Source: Eledone cirrhosa
Taxonomy: Eukaryota
Assembly (NCBI GenBank): GCA_964016885.1
Contig: OZ024741.1
Span: 169,322,001 to 169,386,000, forward strand
Direction: 5' to 3'
Length of the DNA stretch: 64,000 bases
The notes beneath the pieces are model-generated. The model saw nothing but the letters and a program-made list of their open reading frames with translations, was not told the origin of the DNA and did no database searches. A program made the position numbers and the translations under genes. Positions 53,118 to 64,000 of this stretch are shown here, one piece after another (the stretch's first letter is position 1; the number at the start of each line of letters is the position of its first letter).

Positions 53118-56100
53118 ACTCTTTGAGTCTCAGTCATTGATGTTAGTTAACTGGAAAGTTTGTTGAGATGAATATCAAGCCACTACCTGCAGCCTCAGAT
53201 ATTCAGGACGTATCGGAGGGTTCTTGCTGTTCCCAGCAAGCATGCCTTTTGAAGCGTTCCAAAAAGCGTGAAGGGGCCAATTTTCTTTAACCATCCCTGG
53301 AAACTTTTTGAGATAGTCCCTAGTGCGCCTATGACAATCGGGATCACTTTGACTTCATGGCAGTTCCAAATCCTTTTTACCTCCCACTTTAAGTCCTGGT
53401 ATCGGTTAATTTTCTCCCTCTCCTTCTCTTGCACTCTCGTGTCGAATGGGCAGGCCACATCCACAATCAGGCACGATCTTTTTTCTTTGTCCAAAACCAC
53501 CAGGTCAGGTCTATTGTGTTCCAGTTTCTTGTCCGTCTGTATCCTAAAATCCCACAGCACCTTCACCTGATCGTTTTCTATCAACGACTCTGGCTTATGC
53601 TCATACCACTTCTCAGAATGTGGTAAATTGTTTACTTTGCATAGGTGCCAGTGGATCACCCTGCCCATCACATCATGTCTCCAGCCCTTATAGTGAGTCT
53701 GGGCTAGGTGTTTACACTCGGATACAATGTGAGCCACAGTCTCCTCTCTCTCTCCACAGATCCTAAACAGTGGGCTAGCCTCCTCCTTGTAAATGTGGTG
53801 TTTCAACCACTTCGTTTTGAGGGCCTGCTCCTGCGCAGCCATTAACATTCCTTCTGTAGCCTTTTTAAGGTCTCCTCTTTTCAACCAGTTCCATGTCTGT
53901 GGATCTCTAAATTCAGTTTTCTCAAAGAAGGTACTATGAAGGGATTTTTCCTGAAGGCTGCTCTTTCTCCTTGATGTTATTTCCTCCTTGGACATCCCCT
54001 GGCCTATTGTCCCCTCCTTCAGTACAGTTCTGAGCATTGGCTCCTTACTATCAGTCACGTATTTGTGTAGGTTGTTTTTCTCCATCTGAACACAGTCCTC
54101 TATGCTGATAAGACCTCTTCCACCCTCAGATCTCCTTAAGTAGAGTCTATCGACATCACTCCTCTTGTGGAACATATTGTAGATAGTCAATAGCTTCCTA
54201 GTCTTCCTATCCATTTCTTTTTGTTCAGCAACATTCCATCTCAGAATTCCCGCACTGTACCTAATAATAGACACAGCTCGGGAATTTACTGCACTTATGG
54301 CATTCCTACTGTTCAGATGTGACTTTAATACGCTCCTTACTCTCCGAAGGTATTCAGTTCTGATCAATTCCTTCATTTTTTTGTTCTTGATGTCATCAGC
54401 CTCCAGAACGCCCAAATACTTGTATCCTTCCTCAGAGTCAATTTCTTTTATCATCTCACCTGTTGGTATCTGGATTCCGTTACTTCTGCTCAGCTTACCC
54501 CTCCTCATCACAATGACTCCACACTTACTAATACCAAATTGCATACATATATCATTGCTGAAAATACGGACAGTGTCAACAAGCACATCCAACTCCTTCT
54601 CACTCTTCCCGAAGAGCTTAAGATCGTCCATGAAGAGGAGGTGATTGATGGTAAGCCCTCCCTTTCCCAACCTGTATCCTGCTCTCACTTTTCGCAGTAC
54701 ACTGGTCAGGGGCATCAGGGCAAGGACAAACAACAGAGGGGACAGACTATCTCCCTGGAAGATACCTCTCTTGATCTTCACGCTTCCCAAGGATTCTCCA
54801 GTTGATGTTAACTCTGTTTCCCAGGACTTCATACTTTTTCCCAACAACTGCCTGATGTTATCTGCCACCTTGAAGATCTCCAGGCTTTTGGTGATCCAAG
54901 AATGAGGCACCATGTCAAATGCCTTTTTGTAGTCTATCCATCCCATGGCAAGACCAGTGTGTCTCCTCTTGCAATTCCTCATTACCATCTTATCAATAAG
55001 TAACTGGTCCTTTGTACCACGTGACTTCTTTCGGCATCCTTTCTGTTCGTCCGGTAACAAGTTGTTTGTGTGGAGGTGATGCTAGATTTCCTCAGACATA
55101 ATGCTTGTTAACAGTTTCCACATTACGGACAGACATGTGATAGGTCTATAGTTGGTAACATCATTACCCTTGATTCGGTCTTTCATTATCAGAACTGTGG
55201 TACCTTTTGTCAACCACTCTGGTACCTCACCTGACATCAAGCAATCATTGAACATGGTTGTCAGTTTCGGATGGAGGGATGTTATGTTTTTAATCCAATA
55301 CCCCTGCATACCATCTGGGCCAGGTGATTTCCAGTTGGTTAGTTTTTTGGCCTGCCCCTTAAGAGTTTCAACTGTGATACTCAAATCAGTTTGTTGGCGT
55401 GCCTGTTCACTGATCTCCTTCTGTACTGTCTCAATCCACACTGCCTGGTCATTATGTTTAACATCCTGCTCCCATATTCCTCTCCAGAATGTTTTAGTTT
55501 GTTCCGCCTCAGGGTTCAAGTCGTTGCCTCTTTCTTTCCCTTCAAGCTGTCCAAACAGCATCTTCTGGTTGTTGTCGAACATGCGGTTCTGTCTATACTG
55601 GCTGACTCTGTTCTCGTATCGCCTGATTTTTGCACTCTTTACTACGATGCGTTGCTTCAGTTCCTCTATGATAATATTTAGCTTTATCCTCCTAGTTTTG
55701 TACTTTATTTCCAGTCTATTTTTAGTGTCTATGTTTTTTAGTGTCCCATTCAGTAGGGACTCAAGCTTTCCAATGTCATTTCTCATTTCCCTGATTTGAC
55801 CACTCAGTCGTTTCTTCCACCAAGGCTCTGCTCTTTCTTGTCTGTTGTTTCCTCTCGCTTTTATACCAAGTAGTTTCCTCACCGTATTTGCTGTTGCTTT
55901 GAGGATATTGTTGCACTGGTGAAGGCTCCTCGCCTCAAGGTATGGGATGACTTTGTTTACCTTAGCTGTTGTTTCTTTTAACTTTTTCCTGCCTACAAAT
56001 CTTAGGTTCATAGGTCTCCCACTATCATTGTTCAATTCATCTACCACTAAGTTTAGGATATCTACCAAATCTTGTCCTAGCCCGTCAGCATTCATCTCCT

Positions 56101-58011
56101 CAGTGGCCGTATCTCTGTTCCAGGTATTATTTATCTCAGCATTCAAATCATCGTCTGTTTCGGGTGGTTCCTCCGTTCTCTCGACCTCTTCACCTTCATT
56201 TCCCACTGGCTCGTTTGCCTGACATACTCCACTCTCCATTTCCAACTTAATCTCTCTGCCCAATTCTTCCAGTTCCAGCTCGCTTATCCACCCATTAGTT
56301 CTTATTATCCGAGCCTGCCCGGCCAGTTTTTGTTTATCTAATTTAAATGGACCAATCTCGTTCCAGATGTTATGCATCCTTTTCCTATAGCCTTTCTCCT
56401 TGGGGTTACTCTTCAGGTAACATTGCATAACAGTTCTATTCAATTCTTTCGTCCAGTTGGTTCTTGTCCCTTTCCTTCTTCTTCTTCTTCCTCCGACACC
56501 AGCAATATTTGGTTGACAGCCAGGTCCCTGCTGCTGAGCCAGGGAGCACCTGTTGGGTGAGAGTCTGTCACATGACATTCTAGTCTCCATTTCACCGTTA
56601 TTCGAACTGTTTAGGTTCGACATTTAAACACTCTTATCGAGGATTGGCGAATGTATGGTTACATAACCACCGGTGAATTACTTGTCTCCGGTGGTTTCGT
56701 CACTCCACGTGACTTTTGTGTGGCATTATCACGCTGTAGACGAACCCAAACAAACAAACAAACAAACAGGCAGAAAAAACCCCAACAATGAATAAGCATA
56801 AGTTTCATTGTAATGTAGTGTTTGAATGTCTGACTTAGTTTTTCCCTTCCCTTCTCTGTCCGTCCGTTTGTTTTTCTCTTCATTTTTATTTCCTTTACGT
56901 TTTTCGTTGTTGCTGTGCTGCTTTGATTTATTATTATTTTTTTTTTTTTTTGACCGGGTCATCAATTCAGTCTATTTATATATTTCGATGTTTTCCTCTT
57001 TTAGTGAGAATTCTACAATGTAGCAGGGGGTAGCGGGAGAGAATAGCGGCGGTAGTGATATTGAGGCAGCGGCGACGGTGGCGGTGCTGTGCTAGCAGCG
57101 ACTAGCAGGAGGTAGTGGGAGAGAATAGCGGCGGTAGCGATAGTGAGGCAGCGGTGGTGGTGATGTGGTCGTATTACTGTAGTGATGGTGTTGAAGTTGG
57201 AGTAGAAATTTGAGTCGACTTGACCAGAGTTTTCATCGTGGTAGTGGTGGTGGTATTGGTGGTGAAATTATCTTTAGTGAAATTATCGTTAGTCGCGTAT
57301 ATGTGTTGACATAAACTTCATAATATTGGAATTAAACATTTTGTTAAAACTAAAACTTGATTTTGATTTTTGTTTTTTGTTTTTTTTTATTTTGACCAGG
57401 TTATCAATTCAGTCTATTTATATATTTTGATGTTTTTCTCTTTTAGTGGGAATTCTACAATGTAGCAGGGGGAAGCGGGAGAGAATAGCGGCGGTAGTGA
57501 TATTGAGGCAGCGGCGGCGGTGGCGCGTATATGTGTTGACATAAATTCCATAATATTAGAATTAAACATTTTGTTAAAACTAAAACTTGAGGCAATAGTG
57601 ATAGTAATTATTATTATTATGCTGAGATTGGTGGTGGTGGTGGTGGTGAAATTGCTGTTATCGGGCTGTTGTGTTTAGTGTACACAGAGGGGTGATGGGG
57701 TAGGTGGTGTATCTAGTTTCTGATGTTGGTGAAATTGCTGTTATTTGGCTGTTCTATATAGTGTAGACAGAGGGGGTTTTCTTCCATTTATAACCATTTT
57801 CTTTTTTAATATAAAATGTATAATACAAAATTGAATATTTGAGCGATATAACAATATATTGTGGATCCGAATTTTTTGGGACTCAAGCTGGATGTTTTAT
57901 GCAACATTTGTACTAAGAATTGTTATTTCACAATTGATTTAAATATGTTAAAAAATCAAAACTTACGGGAGCGATTTCTCGACCTTCTATCCACCATGTG
58001 TGTCTTCTTCC
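53118..58011 (-). mobile_element. R4/Dong non-LTR retrotransposon, copy B (apparently full length)
   Basis: ~1.4-kb putative 5'UTR shared with copy A, single reading frame, 3' end in (TAA)n. Confidence 0.92.
53195..56623 (-). CDS. R4/Dong polyprotein (N-terminal domain, RT, CCHC, restriction-like endonuclease), ~1140 codons with one internal TAG at 55082-55084
   Basis: ORFs 55082-56623 and 53195-55060 are in frame; [59 protein letters not shown]; first CCHC Cys reads Phe in this copy. Confidence 0.85.
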
Positions 58012-58012
58012 C

Positions 58013-58071
<59 letters not shown>

Positions 58072-59118
58072 GTTGTTGTTGTTGTTGCTGTTGTATTCAA
58101 ATCCCGCTGAGGTTAACTTTGCCTTTCATCCTTACAGGGTCAATAAAATAAAGTACCAGTAATGCACTGGGATAATTGCTGGCCTTGTGCCAAAAGCAGA
58201 AACATTTATTATTATTGAGCATTAGCACTGACAATTGGTGTTGCAGCTCTGGTTTGTTTTCACACCAGCAGGTGTCAAGAAGATACCAAAGGTTACTTGA
58301 ATCCTTCCCCACTGCCAATTAAGACAAAACTTTCCACAATAGTTGTGAGGTTCAATTCAAACAATCCACTCAGCTGGCAGAAAATTAGTTGTACCTGTAA
58401 TTCAAAAGGCCGGTTTTGTCATGCCTTGTGTTGCTGAATCCCCCTGAGAATGACATTAACCTGTCGATTGCCACGTACATTTTACACAGCTACAGTTCCT
58501 GTGCCAGGGTTTTTTTCTGTAAAATGACTATTTTGATTGAAAAACATCACATCAATAAGCTAGTAACCCCCATCTAGCTTTGAAGTTATGAACTGTTGGA
58601 AACGAGTCCATAACTTTGAAGTTATGAACTGTAGGAAAGGAGTTCAAGCATGTTAGGATGAGTTATCTCGTCCATGTCACTGGAATGTATAGATGTTAGG
58701 ATGAGGTATCTTGTCTACAGCACTGAAGAGAATAAGGGTACATTATCTATGCAATGTTCAATCACTTGCATGTTAATTTCACTAGCAGGCTGTTCCATAG
58801 ATTGTAGTAAAAGGCAACACTCATCAGAACTGACTGAGATCCAACAAGAACAGCTTCTGTTGCTGTTTGTTTTTTCTTCTTTCTTTACATTAACAACACT
58901 TGAACAAATCTATTTAATAGTAACTTGGAAATCAAAATATTTCTTTCCATAGAAAAGCCTCAAGTCAAATATAAAACATGTTCAAACATCTTCAACGATA
59001 TTAGTTATTTCATTGTGTACCTTTGGGATAGAGTTTGGTGTTGAATAAACTTACAATGTTGAAAGCAAAGAAATGAAATATATTTTTGCTGTGTGTACAT
59101 GTGTGTGTGATTAAGTAT

Positions 59119-59184
<66 letters not shown>

Positions 59185-59278
59185 AGTGTGCATGTGTGTG
59201 CATGTGTGTGCATTTGTACATATATATATGTATGTATATGTGTGTGTGTTTATATATTTATATATATATTCATATGTA

Positions 59279-59325
<47 letters not shown>

Positions 59326-59363
59326 GTATATATATATATATAATATATCGTTGAAGATGTTTG

Positions 59364-59407
<44 letters not shown>

Positions 59408-59428
59408 TATTATATATAATATAATATA

Positions 59429-59508
<80 letters not shown>

Positions 59509-59568
59509 TATATATAATATATATATTATATATATATACATATATTATATTATATTATATATAATATA

Positions 59569-59616
<48 letters not shown>

Positions 59617-60299
59617 ATGTATATATATATACACACACACACATATATATATATAGATATATATACACACATCTATGCATATGCATGTGTGAGTGTGAGG
59701 AGTGTGGTTGACAGTAAAACTGGTAAGAGCATAAAAGGAGGAAGCTCAGATGAAACACATTCACCACAGACTGTTGGTTTACCTTTTGTCTCTTAATTTT
59801 TCTTGGGCAGTGAGGGGGGGGGGCGCTTCCCATTCTTCCCTCCTGTTACTTTTCTGTTTTCTCCAATTTTTACATTAAAGTTTTTTTCTATTTTCTCGTT
59901 TTATTTTATTTTATGTTTTCGTTCTGTGCGTGCATGTGTGCATACGTGTGTGTGTGTGAGTGTGTGTGTGTATACACATCTGTTGAATATTTCAAAAGGT
60001 GGAAATGTTTAAATTTAATATTCTTATAGAAATTCTAGCTTTAATTCTGTATCATTATATGTGTTTATCTAAGTGTAAATGTACTCATAATAGTAATTTC
60101 TTTCTTATTCTCTCTCTCTATGTGTGTGTGCAAGTGTGTGTGCAAGTGTGTATTCAAAAACACACATATGTATAACTTTGTGTTATATTTGTCTGGGAAG
60201 TGATAATTTGATATACTCTTTCCTCACATGCAGGTGGTCAGTGGTAGAACAAGCATCTATCTAACTACGTATCTATCAAAAACTGGCAATGTGCCAGTG

Positions 60300-62520
60300 A
60301 CTTCTCCAGGGAGGCATGAGATGGATGCACAAAAGTTACATATCCCGAGACCCCCAAAAAAGGGTCCAGAAGGGAGCAAACCTTAACAAGTGGCAAGTGG
60401 AATGTTACAACCCTGACAGGAAAGGAGCAGGAGCTAGTGGAGGAGGCTAGATGCTACTGGTCAGATATAGTTGAGGTTTCCTTAACAATGTTCCATCTCT
60501 CTTGTACTGTAGATTGGATGGAGGATGGAAACTCCATTATTCAGGTATGGCCAGAAAGGAATGCACAGGTGGGAGTAGGGATACTCACAAGTCACCAGCT
60601 GTCAGATTGTGTTATGGACTGGATCCCATTGGGAGGGAGGATTTTTCTCTTGAAGCTAAGGCTGAAATAAAGATGGTCCAAGTTTATGCGCCAAACAGAG
60701 AATCTAAATACAGGTCCTTCCTTGATGAAGTCACTGCAACATTAAGACTGAGTCATATATCCTAATAGAAAATTTCAATGCACATGTTGCCACTGACCAC
60801 CTGACATGGAAAGATATAATTGGAAGGAATGGCAATCCCGATTTAAATACAAATGGAGAGGCCTTATTGGTCTTCTGTTCTAGCAATGGACTCTTTATTA
60901 TGAACACCTTTTTCCAGTACAAAGACATCCATAAATATAAGTGGTACAGGTAAATTGAGATCAGAGATCAATAATTGATTTTGTTATTGTCTCTGATCTC
61001 TTTGATTCTGTGCTGGATGTTCATGTTAAGAGGGGGGCTGAGTTGTCACCTGATCACCATCTAGTTATCTGCAACTTGAGACTACCTAAAGCCAAGGAAA
61101 CCCCCAAAACTGGCAGGTCCATGTGGATCTACAGGATAAAATTGGAAGCAGTGGCAGATAAGGAAATCAGGACCAGATATGTGAATGCTGTTGCATCCAA
61201 ATTCAAAGAACTCCCTGAGCAAACTGATGATGTTGAAATAGAGTGGAGACTGTTCAGCAAGGCAGGCTCTGCTTCAGCTGCTTCCTTCCTATCGTGTCCA
61301 ATGCTGCTAAATGTTGAGGACAAAAGTGACTTGGTGTGGTGCTGAGTGGCACAAGGACCCCTCGGTTTAATGACGGGGTCAAAGATGTCATCAGAGCAAA
61401 GAAGGAGGCTTACAAATCATGGCTTGGCAATACATCCTATTGCAGCAGAGATTTTAAAGGCATCCAAAGTTAAAACATGGGAGGATTTTGCAGTTAAGCA
61501 GATCAGCAAATAAAGAGTTCTGGAGACCATCCGTTGACTTCATATAAGAAGTCTTCCTCCACGCCTTCTTTTAGGAATGTGTCTGGGGTTCTTCTTTCTT
61601 CAGAGAGGCGCATCCTTGCAAAGTGGAAAGAATACTTTGCTGATCTCCTAAACCCGGTCACAACATTTTCTGATACACATGAGGTGCATCTGCGCGTGAT
61701 GACTAACCTTTTGGGGGCTGAGGTCATCAGAGCAATTAAAGGGCTTAAATGTGACAAGGCCTCTGGGGAAGATGTTAAAAGCCTTAAATAGAGAAGGTAT
61801 TCTATGGCTGACTCGTGTATGCCAGGTGGCTTGGATCTCTGGAAAGGCATATAAGCAATGGCAATTGGGTGGGATAGTCCCAGTTTTCTTAAAGGGAGAC
61901 AAGAGTGATTGCTTTAATTATTGAGGAATCTCCTTGTTAAGCATCCCCAGTAAAGTCTATGCTAAGTATCTGACAAAGAAATGTTGGGAGATTGTCAAGT
62001 CCAAGCTAGCTGACAAACAGTGTGATTTTCACCCTGGACACAGCTCAGCAATAGGTCTTTGAGAAATAATAGGAGTCTTGCCATGAGGTGCATGCTTATT
62101 CTGTAGTCCTTGAAAAGGCACTTGACCCCATTCCATGGGACCTGTTGTGGAAGCTTTTGTAGGAGCAAGGAAACGATGGACAGCTTTTTGTTGCTCTGAT
62201 GTTTATGTATAAATACAGATTATTATTATTTGTGTTCAGTCAAAACCATTCAATGTGGGTGTCAGACTCTGCCAATGATGCATACTGTCACCTCCCCTAT
62301 TCATAATCTTCATGAGCTGGTCTGACATGTGCAGCCAGGCTGGAAATGGTATCAAACCTGGCAGGTGTAGGATCAGATGACTGGAATTTGCAGACGACAT
62401 GGTAGTACATAACTAACCAGGTGATCTCTGACATACATTGGATAGGTTTGCTACTGGGTGCTGCATGGCAGGAATGAAAACTAAGACGCTTCTCCTCTCA
62501 AGGAGGCCTCCACAGAACAT
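60300..62520 (+). mobile_element. Old Expander/Rex3-like RTE LINE
   Basis: WNVTTLTGKEQELVEEA, VQVYAPN, IMNTFFQYK, VKRGAELSPDHHLV, WKEYFADLLNP, LEFADD; many disruptions. Confidence 0.85.
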
Positions 62521-62525
62521 TCTAC

Positions 62526-62581
<56 letters not shown>

Positions 62582-62842
62582 GAAGAAGAAGAAGATACCA
62601 CACAACCTTTAATATTATCAGAACATCAGAACATAATATACAATACAGCCTTTAATACTACCACAGCATGGTAATATACCACACAAACCCTTGTGGGGTG
62701 GCTGAATTGGTAGATTGTTAGACAAAATGCCATTCAAATATTTGTTCTGGTTCTTTACATCCTGAGTTCAAATCCTGCTGAGGTCAACTTTCCCTTTCAT
62801 CCCTCTCCAGGGTCAATCAGCCAAGTACTAGGGTTGATTTAA

Positions 62843-63273
62843 CCCTTTAGCATTTACATTACTCAATATTTACTATTTTATTTTCATTGTAACAGCTTTA
62901 CTTCCCATAATTATCTCACATAATATCGAATCTATGAGATTTTGATATTATTTATTTTGAGAACAATACCTTAACATCAGTATGTACAGTCGGTTACATC
63001 TGGTTTGAAGAGAAAGAGGTGAGAAAATTCTGACCGGATACAGCTGTTTTAATGTTTTAGCATTTAAACTGACCATATCTGGCCAGAATTCTCTTACCTC
63101 TTTCTAGTCAAACCAGCTGTAACTGGCCACTCATACTGATGTTAAGGTATCTTTCTCAAAATAAATAATATCAAAATCTCATAGATTTGATATGATGTGA
63201 GATAATTATGTGAGATAAAGCCTTTACCGTGAAAATACAATAGTATATATAGAATAATGTAAATGCTAAAGGG
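62843..63273. mobile_element. piggyBac-like MITE inserted in a Meta-type SINE
   Basis: TTAA-CCCTTTAGCATTTACATT...AATGTAAATGCTAAAGGG-TTAA; internal inverted repeats. Confidence 0.85.
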
Positions 63274-63652
63274 TTAATCAACTTTGTCCTTCCTTTAAAT
63301 TTGCTGGCCTTGTGCCTAAATTAGAAATCCATATTACCACAGAACCTACTAATATGTCATGCAATTCACCCCAGACTATTTCATACACAAGACAAAAAAA
63401 ACCTTTGCAGAATAGGTTTCATTAGCTTCTGCACTTTAATATTCTCCATTGATATAGATTGTTATTAAATAAAATCTACTACTCTGTTAATTATCATTAT
63501 CAGTTAAGACTCACTACTCTACTTATTAACACTATAAGATACCACCTACTACTCTGTAAATACCAGCTTCCCTAGATGAATAATTGACTAGCAGCCGGAA
63601 ACTGATTATATCTGTGTGTGTGTGCACAAGTGTGTGTATGTGAATGTATATA

Positions 63653-63686
<34 letters not shown>

Positions 63687-63719
63687 CACTAAAACACACA
63701 AACACACACATATACACAT

Positions 63720-63777
<58 letters not shown>

Positions 63778-64000
63778 ATAATAATAAATTTGAAGACTAA
63801 AATCCAAAGAGGGCTCGATAAGGACAAATATATATCAAATATATAAGAACCGTAGAGCAAATATTTATTAAAATAACAGATTAAAGTTTAAGCAAAGAAT
63901 CGCTGCTTTCACCCTTAATGGGATCTTCTGAAACTAACAAAGTCAATCTGTGAACACGGAAGTGAATATTTCAAAAAACATTGCAACTGGAGGAAGACAG

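Overview
AT-rich, microsatellite-saturated eukaryotic DNA with no recognisable host exon. The repeat content suggests an octopus or other coleoid cephalopod (inference): tRNA-derived CORE-type and Meta-type SINEs, RTE LINEs ending in (GAT)n, R4/Dong LINEs in (TAA)n, and long (TA)n/(CA)n tracts. Almost all long ORFs are retrotransposon ORFs; the [12 protein letters not shown] ORFs are microsatellite artefacts. Bases 1-40 kb are a (TA)n landscape holding RTE copies with a PHD-type finger inside the RT, SINEs, and many short Penelope-like relics that form fold-back palindromes, several with type I hammerhead ribozyme cores. Bases 43-58 kb are a (TAA)n landscape of L1/Tx1 ends, Meta-SINEs, a young non-autonomous LTR element and two long R4/Dong copies. 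Main observations: (1) both R4/Dong copies diverge mostly at synonymous sites yet share one in-frame TAG inside the RT, suggesting programmed read-through or A-to-I recoding; (2) several unrelated hammerhead-bearing palindromic inserts in (TA)n; (3) a ~271-nt permuted unit carrying a tRNA-like cloverleaf; (4) a non-autonomous RTE capped by an HDV-like ribozyme fold. All alignments and folds were done by eye, and coordinates of degraded repeats are approximate.
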